From: a bacterium | GTDB lineage: Bacteria > SZUA-182 > DTGQ01 | Assembly: GCA_023512255.1 (NCBI GenBank) | Contig: JAILZY010000006.1 | Coordinates: 13,585-77,584, forward strand | DNA length: 64,000 nt | Direction of reading: 5' to 3' | In this document: in pieces, positions 17,401 through 26,998 of the stretch | How the letters are laid out: each line of letters opens with the position of its first letter | Numbering within the stretch: position 1 is the stretch's first letter | Program-made: the position numbers and the translations under genes | The notes under the pieces: generated by a model | The model's input: the letters and a program-made list of their open reading frames with translations, nothing else | Database searches by the model: none | Told to the model about the DNA's origin: nothing

Positions 17401-20314
17401 CAGTGGGTATTCTGGGGCCGGGCGGTGAGTCGGCATCCTGGCCATTGGTGCTCTTCTCGATGCTGATCCCACTGGTGTAGCCAAAATAGTGGCTAGGATC
17501 ATTGAAGGTGAGCTGCTGTCCATCAGGAGCTGTGGCCGTGACTGTGCCGGAATTTGTGTACTGTCCAGCCTGAGCAGTGCCGCTGGCTGTGCAGGTCATG
17601 GACTGGCCAGCCTCCAGGGTATCCTGTGGGCAGCTAACAATAACTCCTTGATTATCAACTACTTTTACGTTTGATAAAAGAACATTGCTGAGGTTGCTAA
17701 CCTCGTATGTCCAGAGAACCTTAGAGCCAGGCAAAACAAAAGGGCCAGGAGGAGTATCGGCATCCTGACCGTTGGTGAATTTCTTAATTTTGATGCCGCA
17801 AGTGCAGCCAAAGTAATGGCTTGGGTCTTCAGCCATAAGCTGATTTCCCAAAGGATCCTTAGCCACAACTTTGCCGATGTTGCTATGCTGACCTGGTTGA
17901 GAGATCCCCTGGGCTGTGCAGGTCATGGACTGGCCCGCATCCAGGGTATCCTCGGGGCAGATGACCGCAACTGCCTGATCATCCGATACCCTGATTTCAG
18001 AGATAGGCACATCGCTGATGTTAGTAACCTCATAGCTCCAGTAAACAGGATCGCCGACACTTATGGAGGGGCCGGGAGGAGTATCGGCATCCTGACCGTT
18101 GGTGAATTTCTTAATTTTGATGCCACAGGTGCAGCCAAAGTAATAGCTGGAAGAGCTGGCTGTAATCTGTTTGCCATCTGGATCGGTGGCGATGACACTA
18201 CCAATGTTTTCGTGTTGGCCTACTTTGGCCAATCCGCTGGCAGCACAGGTCATGGACTGGCCTGCCTCCAGGGTATCCTTGGGGCAGATGACCGAAACTC
18301 CCTGATCATCCGTGACCTTGATATTACTTAAGATAACATTGCCGGTATTGGTTACCTTGTAGGTCCAGGTGATCGGATCGCCGACCGTCAGCTTGATGCC
18401 TGGTGGCTTGTCGGCAATTTGATCGTTGATAAATTTGGTCATGATAAGATTGCTGGCCGAACCAAAGTAATGACTAACATCGCTGGCCATGACTGTATTG
18501 CCAGCAGGATCGAAGGAGATAACAGTGCAGATATTCGTGTACTGACCAGGTTTGGCCTTACCGCTAGCTGTGCAGGTCATGATCTCACCTGGGGCTAGAT
18601 TATCCTTCGGGCAGCTAACAGTCACATCCTGATCATCAATTACGCTCACCTGGCTGAGAGGGACCTCGCCAGTATTGGTAACGATATATTTCCAGGTAAC
18701 TTCACTGTCTACAGGGATGAATGGGCCTGGTTTTTCTTTGGCCTCCTGGTCGTTGGTCAATTTCTGAATGGTTATGCTTCCACCAGCTACGCCAAAGTAG
18801 TTAGCCGGATCAGAATCATAGAGAATCTTTTTAACTTTCTTCAGGCACTTGGCGGTAACTTTGGCCGTATTTGTCTGCTGTCCGCTCTTGGCTGTAACAG
18901 GACCAATTATGCACTCAAATGATGCCCCACCTTTCAGAACTTCCGGCCCCTGGCAGGTTTCTGTGGAATATTGGGAATCGGTCAGCGACACTGAGTAAAG
19001 CTTAAAAAGGTTAGGATTGGTAACCACAATTTTAAAGTAGAGTTTACTTCCCTCCGCCACCCTGGGACCTGGCGGCGTATCAGCATCAATAAAGGTTTTT
19101 CCTTCATCTGTGGAGATATACTTTTTGACCGTGATCAGCGGCTGGCAGGGTTTGCAGCACAGGCAGCAGAGCATAAAGAGGCGGCCATCAAGGTATTGGA
19201 TTCCCTGCGGCCTGCTCCAGGTTAGATAATCGCAGATCACCCGCTCATCGCTGAGGCCATCATCCCTGCCAAGGACGATAGGCTCGCTTAGATCAATCCC
19301 TGATTCCAGCGGACAGACTGCTCGAAGCAGCTCCCCTGTGGTAAAGTCAACTATGGCAATTTCATCCTCAGAGTCAGAATAGGCCGTATCTCGACTGAGA
19401 TAGAGAACCTGCCTCATCTCCCCTTCCCAGGGGATGCAGGCATATGAGATGCCCGAATAGGTAGAGGGATAAAGTGACAGGGCAGAGCTTGCCTTATCAA
19501 TAGTTATCAGCCGACATGGTGAGTCTTGAAAATTACCCGCCTCATCGAGAGGGATTTTCCACACGGTGTTGTAGAGAAGATTGCTGGTGATAGCCAGCAG
19601 GAAGTTCTCTCCACTAGCAGGATCAGAGACATAGTCTAGGCCGCCGACAGGCTCGGGCAGAATCACAAATTTACCGCTCAATCCCTGTCGAACCATCCGA
19701 CCTTCTGAAAAATAAAACCTATCCTCTTTCTGCGCTAGGCCACTGATCCGGGTTTTTAGATTCAGGTGCCTGCTCAGTTTCCCGGTCTCAAGGTCAAGTT
19801 GAAAGATAGCATTATTGATTGAAAGATTGCCGCTATTGTTGAGAAGATAGATGAGGGGCTTATCAGATGTTCCCGTACCGCTTATCTCCCAGGTGTTAGC
19901 CCCACACTGCCAGGCACCACTTGGCTCAAGCAGCCAAAAATTTTGCGGACCCTTGAGCTGAAGGGTTAAGGGATCAAGCTCAACCAGAGCCTGGCCGATG
20001 ACCTCATGCTGAAGATCAGCAGCCCTTAACCATCGACCACTGTCCCTGAATGCAGTTGATTGGCTTGGGGGATTCGAGCCTCTGATTGATCTAGTGGAAG
20101 GGTTGACTGAGGTTGGGGGAGAATACATCAACTGTGGCTCTAGGTTAGTAGCTGTGGGCTCTAGGTTAATAGCTGTGGGACTTAGATTTTTCAGTTTCGA
20201 GGGAGGTGTTGATTCGGCAGCCAAAAAAGCTACCCTACCTGGAGAGGAGTTTAGGCCAATTAAAATGAGTGTAAGCATCATGACGAGCAATCTTTGACTT
20301 TGTCTCATGTTCAT
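14444..20314 (-). CDS. 1956-aa secreted surface protein with 11 tandem ~110-aa Ig-like repeats (DUF11/DUF7507-like)
   Basis: Sec-type N-terminus. Repeat consensus KKxTNGQDAxxPPGP...VTWxYxVTNTG...CPxxxL..GESMTC...xYFG occurs 11 times (nt ~15518-19135), followed by one divergent unit and a helical C-terminal domain. Confidence 0.85.
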   Translation of the reverse strand: MNMRQSQRLLVMMLTLILIGLNSSPGRVAFLAAESTPPSKLKNLSPTAINLEPTATNLEPQLMYSPPTSVNPSTRSIRGSNPPSQSTAFRDSGRWLRAADLQHEVIGQALVELDPLTLQLKGPQNFWLLEPSGAWQCGANTWEISGTGTSDKPLIYLLNNSGNLSINNAIFQLDLETGKLSRHLNLKTRISGLAQKEDRFYFSEGRMVRQGLSGKFVILPEPVGGLDYVSDPASGENFLLAITSNLLYNTVWKIPLDEAGNFQDSPCRLITIDKASSALSLYPSTYSGISYACIPWEGEMRQVLYLSRDTAYSDSEDEIAIVDFTTGELLRAVCPLESGIDLSEPIVLGRDDGLSDERVICDYLTWSRPQGIQYLDGRLFMLCCLCCKPCQPLITVKKYISTDEGKTFIDADTPPGPRVAEGSKLYFKIVVTNPNLFKLYSVSLTDSQYSTETCQGPEVLKGGASFECIIGPVTAKSGQQTNTAKVTAKCLKKVKKILYDSDPANYFGVAGGSITIQKLTNDQEAKEKPGPFIPVDSEVTWKYIVTNTGEVPLSQVSVIDDQDVTVSCPKDNLAPGEIMTCTASGKAKPGQYTNICTVISFDPAGNTVMASDVSHYFGSASNLIMTKFINDQIADKPPGIKLTVGDPITWTYKVTNTGNVILSNIKVTDDQGVSVICPKDTLEAGQSMTCAASGLAKVGQHENIGSVIATDPDGKQITASSSSYYFGCTCGIKIKKFTNGQDADTPPGPSISVGDPVYWSYEVTNISDVPISEIRVSDDQAVAVICPEDTLDAGQSMTCTAQGISQPGQHSNIGKVVAKDPLGNQLMAEDPSHYFGCTCGIKIKKFTNGQDADTPPGPFVLPGSKVLWTYEVSNLSNVLLSNVKVVDNQGVIVSCPQDTLEAGQSMTCTASGTAQAGQYTNSGTVTATAPDGQQLTFNDPSHYFGYTSGISIEKSTNGQDADSPPGPRIPTGSQVFWTYRITNTGNIPISNIKVVDNQIGAITCPATMLDPGQSMTCTASGIARAGQYKNIATATATDILGNQLTAEDPSHYFGYTSGINIKKSTNGQDADSPPGPSIPVGGLVTWRYVVTNTGDDTLTGITVSDDKLGLITCPKNTLGPGQSMTCEASGTAALGQYANLATVTAKDSTGNQLIDTDPSHYFGVSAGVSIKKSTNGEDANSPPGPSIPVGGLVTWSYKVTNTGNTPLSGITVYDDKLGPIACPKNSLAVGEYMTCEATGTATAGQYKNVGIVKALDTLGREFMDSDPSHYFGCTCGITIKKFTNDQHVDSPPGPSIPVGNPVYWKYEVTNTSNVTISNVTVTDSEGSTVTCPKTTLEPNESMTCEAEGTAQAGQYKNTGTATATGPGGEKLIFTDTSYYFGVASGLSFKKLTNGQDANTSPGPLIQVGDQVTWTYEVKNTGNTTLSDIKVVDDKLGEIDCPNDSLGVGESMICTATGIAQAGQYKNNGTATALDPSGNELTAEDPSCYFGVASGLSLKKLTNGQDANTTPCPEIPVGNQITWTYEVKNTGNTKLTGITVSDDKLGLITCPKTTLDQGESMTCTATGTAQAGQYKNTGTATALDPLGNELTAKDPSCYFGVSPAKPCLKLTKTINGPYRTSDNLFLTDRIIPVAVKEEIAQGSPVFYFLVEITVENCNDTPLTGVVVTDTFNNEAYPFETSDPTHVIIAPPPSPGGFEKEKLTWTVGSIPALESRTLLIKVGTEFNPAEKLEPTSAPQTIFYNGQDTNTGSAKVTTNEGLSAKVEAVRLTNGEEISCAGSVGQWDQLPWDRCSAITTPLPITLTAAASSAPQTATAAPSPRPRSLSSWKDDAYADSDYLKSLLPIWLGTPGGQQSIKISTCDQVYDILAPKQISRMSNLANLYAQVLACKLNLASGAEASVQINDSASLEELLSEIDSFLAVYSSRQWYPRLTKGQKTQIKKWLKELEDYNCGKYTP

Positions 20315-20769
20315 TGCGGCCTCCTTATAATGTGGTGGTGATTATCAATATATTCTATTATTAATGCGATAATACTAATATATCGATCAAAAACGAAAGG
20401 ATAACTACTCATCTCTGTTTAAAAATTTATGTTTAAAAAATGGATGAGCTTGAAGCATTGCTGAAGAATAAGGCAAAAAAAGGGATATCCTCCGCCCACT
20501 GATTTTCCAATATAACAGCAAAACAGCTTATCTTGCGATGGCTTCTCATGAGGAATAAAAATTGCTATCATTACTAGATAAGATAAAATCTCTCTGCTGG
20601 ATGCTATAAGCCCATTCTGCTGATGCTATAAGCCCATAATGGTGTGAAGAGCAAAGAAAGCTTTGATATTGCAGGCGACAGCAGGACGACGATGACTGTG
20701 ATGTGGTTAAAGTGGTGTGTGGTTTTTGAGCGAGTGCGCAAAGAGTAGTGATAGTGAGCCATCAGTTAA

Positions 20770-22866
20770 ATGCGGAAAAATCGGATGAGCAGAAAAAAAT
20801 CCAGCCCAACCCTAACTAATTCTCGGCCCCAAAAAGGCCTATCGCTTTGCCTCATCTTGCTCTTCTCTTGCCTTACCTTCCTTTTCTTTCCCCTGCACCA
20901 TGTCGCCGCACCCTTATCCTCATTTCTGATTCAATCTGAAGCAGCAAATTCCTCCCCTGCTCCATCGCCATCGCCCTCGTCCTCGTCCTCCTCATCGGCA
21001 TCTTCCTCATCGGCATCATCTTCATCGAAGACCTCGCAGATCTTTGAGCAGGCCGTCAGTGCCTGGCAGAGCAGCCACCTTAAGGCAGCTCAGAAAGGCT
21101 TTGAGGAATTGATTTTCCGCTACCCTGATGCTCCCCAGGTTGCGGACAGCCTCTTCTATCTTGGAGAAATTTACGAAAAGCAAAATCTCCTCTACGAGGC
21201 TCAGGCCTTATATCGTCAATTCGCTGAACGCTATCCCAATCATCAGTCAACTCCTGAGGCTTTGATCAGGCAGGGTGAAATCTCCTATCGCCTCGGAGAG
21301 GTGAAGAAGGCGCAAAAGATTTTCAAACAAATCCTCTTCCACTATCCTAATAGCAGTCTGGCTCCCAAAGTTGCCTTTCGCCTGGGAGACTGCCTCTATG
21401 AATCAGGGGATACAGCCTCCGCTAGGCTCTATTACGATGAGGGAATGAAGCGGCTTCCATCCTATCTGGATGAGCATCCGCAGACGGCTTTCAATATTGG
21501 CAGCCTCTACCTCCAGGATAAGCGGCTCGATCAGGCGCTCTCGGTTTTTCTAGCGCTCGGGAAAAATCACCCGAAATTCGAGGCCGCTGACAAGGTACTC
21601 ACCTTTTGTGGCGATATCTACGCCGAGCAGGGAAAGATTGCCGAAGCTGTCCTTGCCTACCAACGGGTAATCGAGAGCTATCCTGACTCTATCGGAGCCC
21701 AAGTCAGCCAGATCAGAATGGCTGACCTAGGAGTAGAATATCCACAGCTGAAAAATTCCTCTGCTCCTCCTGCCTTCCGTGACCCGATTGCGGCCTATCG
21801 GCAGATGATCCAAAGAAAGAACACCGATCCTGTGCTGGCTCAACTGGCCGAATATAAACTTGCTCTAGCTTTACAAAAAAAGGAAGAGCATAAGGAGGCT
21901 ATAGGTGTCTTGCGATCCCTATTGGCTAAAGCTCCTAAGGAGAGCATTCAGCAAGGTGGCCTTTTTGCTCTCAAGCAGGAGCTGGTCAATTACATCAACC
22001 AGTGTTTTCAGAGAAAGGATTATTTGGGAGTGATCAAATTGTACGAGGAGAATAAAAATCTGGTGGATTCCTTTCTGCAGCAACAAAAAACTCCCCTACC
22101 CTATTTCAGGATCGCTCAAAGTTACCAGAACCTCAGATTCTATCCTCCGGCAATTCAATTGTATCGGCAGGCTAAGACAATGATCGACGGCCAGGAAAAG
22201 GCTACAGACTCTCTCTCCCCTCAGATCAATTTCCAGCTAGGCTGGATTTTCTTTCAGACCGAAGAGTATCAGAAGGCTATCGACTCCCTAAAGCAGGCTG
22301 TCAGCCAAGAGGCCGCATCTTCCAATTCCACCCCCCCAAGGGTATCCTTTTTCGCCCTCTCCTTAATGGGAGATATCTGCCGAGAGAGGAAAGACTACCC
22401 AACAGCCATCAGCTACTATCAGGCCAGCCTGAAGCTCAGACCACCCCGCCAGGGGGTGGAACAGCTCCTGAAAATGGGGCAATGCTATCGGAGGCTGGGC
22501 AAGATCAGCGAAGCTATCGAATCCTTTTCAGAAGCTGTCAATCTTGCCCAGGGGGAAAAAGAACAACAGGTGCTGGCCCAAGGATATCTCTATTTGGCAG
22601 ACTGCCAATACCAGGCCGAGAGGTATTCCGAAGCCCTCGTAAACTACCGCAAGGCACAGGGCCTTTCCCTGCCCCCACAGGACCGCGACTGGGTGCTCTA
22701 TCAGATTGGTAATTGCCTGCTGAAAGAGGCAAAACCAAAAGCCGCTGGCGAAACCTTTGCTAAGATCAAGGCAGCTACTCAGGACCCTATCTGGCCGATT
22801 ATTGTTGATTTTAAGGAATCTGAGATTAATTGGGAATCATCTGACACAAGGAGAAAACCGCTATGA
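20770..22866 (+). CDS. Exported/membrane-anchored tetratricopeptide-repeat protein at the head of the flagellar cluster
   Basis: N-terminal hydrophobic segment, Ser-rich linker and many TPR-like units (ADSLFYLGEIY, ALIRQGEISY, YLYLADCQY). ATGA overlap with fliE. Confidence 0.82.
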   Translation: MRKNRMSRKKSSPTLTNSRPQKGLSLCLILLFSCLTFLFFPLHHVAAPLSSFLIQSEAANSSPAPSPSPSSSSSSSASSSSASSSSKTSQIFEQAVSAWQSSHLKAAQKGFEELIFRYPDAPQVADSLFYLGEIYEKQNLLYEAQALYRQFAERYPNHQSTPEALIRQGEISYRLGEVKKAQKIFKQILFHYPNSSLAPKVAFRLGDCLYESGDTASARLYYDEGMKRLPSYLDEHPQTAFNIGSLYLQDKRLDQALSVFLALGKNHPKFEAADKVLTFCGDIYAEQGKIAEAVLAYQRVIESYPDSIGAQVSQIRMADLGVEYPQLKNSSAPPAFRDPIAAYRQMIQRKNTDPVLAQLAEYKLALALQKKEEHKEAIGVLRSLLAKAPKESIQQGGLFALKQELVNYINQCFQRKDYLGVIKLYEENKNLVDSFLQQQKTPLPYFRIAQSYQNLRFYPPAIQLYRQAKTMIDGQEKATDSLSPQINFQLGWIFFQTEEYQKAIDSLKQAVSQEAASSNSTPPRVSFFALSLMGDICRERKDYPTAISYYQASLKLRPPRQGVEQLLKMGQCYRRLGKISEAIESFSEAVNLAQGEKEQQVLAQGYLYLADCQYQAERYSEALVNYRKAQGLSLPPQDRDWVLYQIGNCLLKEAKPKAAGETFAKIKAATQDPIWPIIVDFKESEINWESSDTRRKPL

Positions 22867-23171
22867 AACAAATCAGCCTAATTGACCTAAAGCCAGTGCT
22901 CGCAAACCAGCTCATTCTGCCGCCCTCTTCCTCCCCAAAAAAGGATGAAGTGCCTTCATTTGGTGAAGTTATCAGGGAAGCAATTCAGAGGGTTGACGAT
23001 CTGCAGGCGACGGCAGATCAAAACCTGCAGGATTTTATAACCAATAAAAGTAGAGACCTTCATGAAGTAATGATTTCCTGGGAGAAGGCGGATACATCCT
23101 TGAGGCTTCTGATGCAGGTTCGCTCTAAGATTTTGGAGGCTTACCAGGAAATTATGAGAATGCCTGTCTGA
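22863..23171 (+). CDS. fliE: Flagellar hook-basal body protein FliE
   Basis: SFGEVI...DLHEVMISWEKA...LLMQVRSKILEAYQEIMRMPV signature. Confidence 0.95.
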   Translation: MKQISLIDLKPVLANQLILPPSSSPKKDEVPSFGEVIREAIQRVDDLQATADQNLQDFITNKSRDLHEVMISWEKADTSLRLLMQVRSKILEAYQEIMRMPV

Positions 23172-23411
23172 TTGCCTGTTTTGATCTGTCTGAATAATAT
23201 TTATTCGAAGAATATGGAGGAAAGTTATACCTTACTAAAAAGGAGTCAATATTAAGTTAATATTGAGTAAAAATATTCACTTAATAGAAGTAAAATATTT
23301 ACAGAATTACCATCATCTGTAGAGATCACAATATCAGTTGTAGAGATCAATATCGGTCCGATGACTGAAAAGTCATCGCCATGAGGCCCACACCATACCA
23401 GGGAAAATCTC

Positions 23412-25052
23412 ATGCCAGCTTTTCTTGAGGCCATAAGAAAATTCGCTGACTCATTCCGCAGCCTTCCGCTGAACCGGAAGATTGCGCTCTCTCTAGTATT
23501 GGTTATCCTGGTCGGCGGAGTGGTGGCTCTGATGAGCTGGGCCAACAGAGCCAACTATCAGCCCCTTTACTCACGCCTTGATCCAGAGGATGCCGGAGCT
23601 ATTCTTACCAGGCTCAAGGAGAGCAAAATTCCCTACCGGTTGAAAAATGGAGGCACTACGATCCTGGTTCCAGAGGATAAGGTGTATGAGCTTCGACTAC
23701 AGATGGCCACTGATCGGGTGTTTCAGAAAGGGATTGTTGGCTTTGAGCTATTTGACCAGACAAACCTTGGAACCACTGAATTTGTTCAGACCGTAAATTA
23801 CCATCGGGCTCTGGAGGGTGAGCTTAGCCGCACCATCGGCAGTTTGGCTGAGGTCGAATGGGCTAGGGTTCATCTGGCCATTCCTCAAAAAAGTCTGTTT
23901 ATCGAGAAAGAGCAGCCACCGACCGCCTCAGTGGTTATTCGCTTACGTGAGGGGAGCAGCCTACGCAAGGCCCAGATCAACGGTATTGTCCATCTGGTCT
24001 CCTGTAGCGTGGAAGGGCTCATTCCGGAGAATGTCAAGGTTATTGACCATCAGGGAAGGATTCTGAGCGAAAATCCCAATGATTTTTCCAGCCAGCTTAT
24101 CCAAGCCAACAAGGTAGAATATCAGATGCAGGTGGAAGAGATTTTGGAGAAGAAGGTTACGGCCATGCTGGAGAAGGCCTTAGGCGAGGGCAAGGTAATT
24201 GCCAAGGTTTCGGTCAGCCTAAATCTGAAGCAGGTTGAGACGACCGAAGAAAAGTACGATCCCGACCGAACAGTAGTCAAGACCGAACAACGAACCCAGG
24301 AGGCAGCCCAGGGACAGACGCCAGTTACTCCAGCTGCCGGCAATAATTCCAATTATCAGAAATCGGATGAAATCATCAAATATGAACTGACCAAGGCAAC
24401 CAATCACATTATTGAATTGCCTGGGCAAATCAACCGCCTGTCGGTTGCGGTGTTGGTGGATGGAAGATATGAGAAGCAGGATAAGGGAGTAAAATATATC
24501 CCCAGGACACCTGAAGAGATAAAGAGTATTAGGACCATTGCCGAAAAGGCTGTCGGCTATGATCCGAGCCGTGGAGATCAGATTGAAGTGGTCAATATCC
24601 CCTTTTCCCTCGATTCAGCTCAAGGACACGGCCAGGCATCGCTTGACATTTTAAAAAATTGGCCGCTCTGGCTTAGCCTGGCTAAATATGGAAGCAAACT
24701 GCTGCTGATCTTGATTATCCTGCTCTTTATCTTCCGGCCATTGGTAAAATGGCTCTACCACTTCACCCCCCAACCTCTCCCTGAAAACATAACTCCTCCC
24801 CTGCCGCCGGAAGATGAGGCCCGAAAGATTGAAGAGGCGCTGACCGATGAGCAGGCCATGATCAGCGAGCTTCAGCAAAAACTGCCCAGTCGGCTTAGCC
24901 AGGTAGAGCAGGCCTTTCAAATGGCGAATAATGAAGAAAGCCGAGCGCTTGAAGATATGGTCAAGGTAATTCGGGAAATCGCCAAACAGGAGCCAAAGCG
25001 AATTTCTCAGTTGACCCACGAATGGTTACTTGAGGAGAGAAAGCAGTCATGA
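23412..25052 (+). CDS. fliF: Flagellar MS-ring protein FliF
   Basis: GFELFDQ, NYHRALEGELSRTI, ARVHLAIP, two TM segments. Confidence 0.97.
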   Translation: MPAFLEAIRKFADSFRSLPLNRKIALSLVLVILVGGVVALMSWANRANYQPLYSRLDPEDAGAILTRLKESKIPYRLKNGGTTILVPEDKVYELRLQMATDRVFQKGIVGFELFDQTNLGTTEFVQTVNYHRALEGELSRTIGSLAEVEWARVHLAIPQKSLFIEKEQPPTASVVIRLREGSSLRKAQINGIVHLVSCSVEGLIPENVKVIDHQGRILSENPNDFSSQLIQANKVEYQMQVEEILEKKVTAMLEKALGEGKVIAKVSVSLNLKQVETTEEKYDPDRTVVKTEQRTQEAAQGQTPVTPAAGNNSNYQKSDEIIKYELTKATNHIIELPGQINRLSVAVLVDGRYEKQDKGVKYIPRTPEEIKSIRTIAEKAVGYDPSRGDQIEVVNIPFSLDSAQGHGQASLDILKNWPLWLSLAKYGSKLLLILIILLFIFRPLVKWLYHFTPQPLPENITPPLPPEDEARKIEEALTDEQAMISELQQKLPSRLSQVEQAFQMANNEESRALEDMVKVIREIAKQEPKRISQLTHEWLLEERKQS

Positions 25053-26056
25053 GTAGGCAACTGACCAATTCGGAAAAAGCAGCTATTCTTTTTTTGGCTC
25101 TTGGAGAGGAAATCACTGCCGAGGTCTTTCGGGGGCTAGAAGAGTCAGAAATCCAGCTCATCACCCAGTACATTACCAATATGGAAACTCCCACCCTAGA
25201 TGATATCAAGGCTGTGCTTCAGGAAACCATGGAGCGAATTTCCTATCGGCACGTTTTGCCGCAGGAGGTAGCCGAGTATATCAATAATGTTCTCATCAAG
25301 GCCCTGGGGGAGAAAAAAGCGGCGGAAATCCTGCGTAAGCTCCAAGCACCGATGATTGGCAAGTCAGCTAATCTTAAGGTGGTCAAGGATCTTGATTCAG
25401 AGACCCTGGTCAATCTAATTCGAGGAGAGCATCCCCAGATCATGGCTTTGGTTCTGGCTCACTTGAATCCGGACAAGGCGGCCGAGGTACTTGCTTTTTT
25501 GCCTGAAGATATCAGGACTGATGTGGCCCTTCGGATCTGCAATCTGGAGCGGATCAGACCGGGAGTAATGCAAGAGATAAGCGAATTTTTTCGGAATAAG
25601 CTTATTAGCATGCAGGATTCGGAAAGCCAGACCGTAGGTGGGGTCAGCAAGCTTGCCGAGATCATGAACCATATTGATCGGACTTCAGAAGACAGCATTA
25701 TGTCGAATATTGAGAAAATAGATCCATCTTTGTCTGAAAATATTCGTATGCTTATGTTTACTTTTGAGGATCTGGCTGGGATCAGTAATCAGGAGATGCA
25801 GACCCTGCTTAAGGAAATTCCCAAGGATGAGCTGGTTTTGGCTCTCAAGACTGCCAGTGTCGAGTTGAAGGATCTGATCCTGCGGAATATGTCCGAGCGG
25901 GCAGCGCAGATGACCATTGAAGATATGGAATCTATGGGTGCGGTAAAGCTTCACGATGTGGAAAAGGCACAGCAGAATATTGTCAAAATCGCCAGACGTC
26001 TTGAAGAGGAAGGCAAGCTCGTTCTCAAGGGCGGCAAGGGCGATATCATGGTTTAA
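25049..26056 (+). CDS. fliG: Flagellar motor switch protein FliG
   Basis: EKAAIL, EHPQIMALVL, GGVSKLAEIMN, MFTFEDL, NMSERAA. Confidence 0.97.
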   Translation: MSRQLTNSEKAAILFLALGEEITAEVFRGLEESEIQLITQYITNMETPTLDDIKAVLQETMERISYRHVLPQEVAEYINNVLIKALGEKKAAEILRKLQAPMIGKSANLKVVKDLDSETLVNLIRGEHPQIMALVLAHLNPDKAAEVLAFLPEDIRTDVALRICNLERIRPGVMQEISEFFRNKLISMQDSESQTVGGVSKLAEIMNHIDRTSEDSIMSNIEKIDPSLSENIRMLMFTFEDLAGISNQEMQTLLKEIPKDELVLALKTASVELKDLILRNMSERAAQMTIEDMESMGAVKLHDVEKAQQNIVKIARRLEEEGKLVLKGGKGDIMV

Positions 26057-26101
26057 AATTAAATATAGTCTAAAATTATGATCTAAAATTATAGTCTAAA
26101 A

Positions 26102-26998
26102 ATGGATAAGCCGATATTTGAACGAGAAGATGTTCAGGGTGAATCTTTTCAGGCCCTGATGGAGCAAAAGCTCCCCTTTTTTCAGGCCTTTCAGCATAAT
26201 GGGAAGAAAGAGGCTAGCTTTCAGCCAGCACCTTTCCTTAAAAAGTGGAGGGGCTTTGAGGCCGGATCTCCTGATAAGGCTGCCCACTCAGCGAGCACTC
26301 AGAATGATGAGTCTGAGCAGAGGGCGGAGGAGGAAGAGGAGGAGAAGCAGAAGCAGGAGGCACTCTGCCGGCTCAGAGAGGAGATTATTGCCGCGGCCAC
26401 TCAGGAAGCTGCTAAGATCAAAGAGGATGCCTATCAACAGGGGCTGGCTCAAGGGCTGGCCCAGGGGAGAGAGAAAGGGAAGCGAGAGGCGGCGGAGGAA
26501 ATCAAAAGTCGACTCCTTCCTCTTGAAACTACCCTCAAGAATATGATTTGGCAGATTGAGCAGGTTCAGCAGACGATCTTGATCAGGCAAGAGCAGGAAA
26601 TTCTCCATTTATGCCTTGAGATGGCCAAAAAGGTTATCTGTACCGAAATCAGCCAAAGCCGAAGCGTCCTTTTGGCCAGCCTTCGTGAAGGGCTCAAATT
26701 TGTCGGCCATCATAAGGTTGTCGCCATAAGACTGAATCCTCACGACCTTGACCTCCTGAAGGAGGTCAAGCAAGAGATTGCTCATAACTTCCTCAACCTG
26801 GATGGAGTAAGTGTTGAAGCCGATCCTGCTGTTGTAGCTGGAGGATGTCTGATTCAGACCGATATGGGGTATGTGGATGCCACAATAGATCGCCGGGTGA
26901 GAGAGTTAGAAAAAATTTTTATGGCTAATGGCGGATCTTTGGCTGATCACGGGACAGGGGCTATGGGGGGTGATGATGAGGCCAGAAGCTTGTGCTGA
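26102..26998 (+). CDS. fliH: Flagellar assembly protein FliH
   Basis: AxxxG repeats ([17 protein letters not shown]), IRLNPHD, GGCLIQT; located between fliG and fliI. Confidence 0.92.
   Translation: MDKPIFEREDVQGESFQALMEQKLPFFQAFQHNGKKEASFQPAPFLKKWRGFEAGSPDKAAHSASTQNDESEQRAEEEEEEKQKQEALCRLREEIIAAATQEAAKIKEDAYQQGLAQGLAQGREKGKREAAEEIKSRLLPLETTLKNMIWQIEQVQQTILIRQEQEILHLCLEMAKKVICTEISQSRSVLLASLREGLKFVGHHKVVAIRLNPHDLDLLKEVKQEIAHNFLNLDGVSVEADPAVVAGGCLIQTDMGYVDATIDRRVRELEKIFMANGGSLADHGTGAMGGDDEARSLC

Noticed and set aside
20550-20566. Sigma-54 promoter before the TPR/fliE operon (GG-N10-GC, AGGAATAAAAATTGCT)
   Set aside because: Spacing fits, but the -24 element lacks TGGCAC; too weak in AT-rich DNA.
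26928-26998. Frameshift or pseudogene at the fliH/fliI, flgA/flgH and ABC gene overlaps
   Set aside because: All motifs are intact in single frames; the overlaps reflect start-codon uncertainty or normal coupling.
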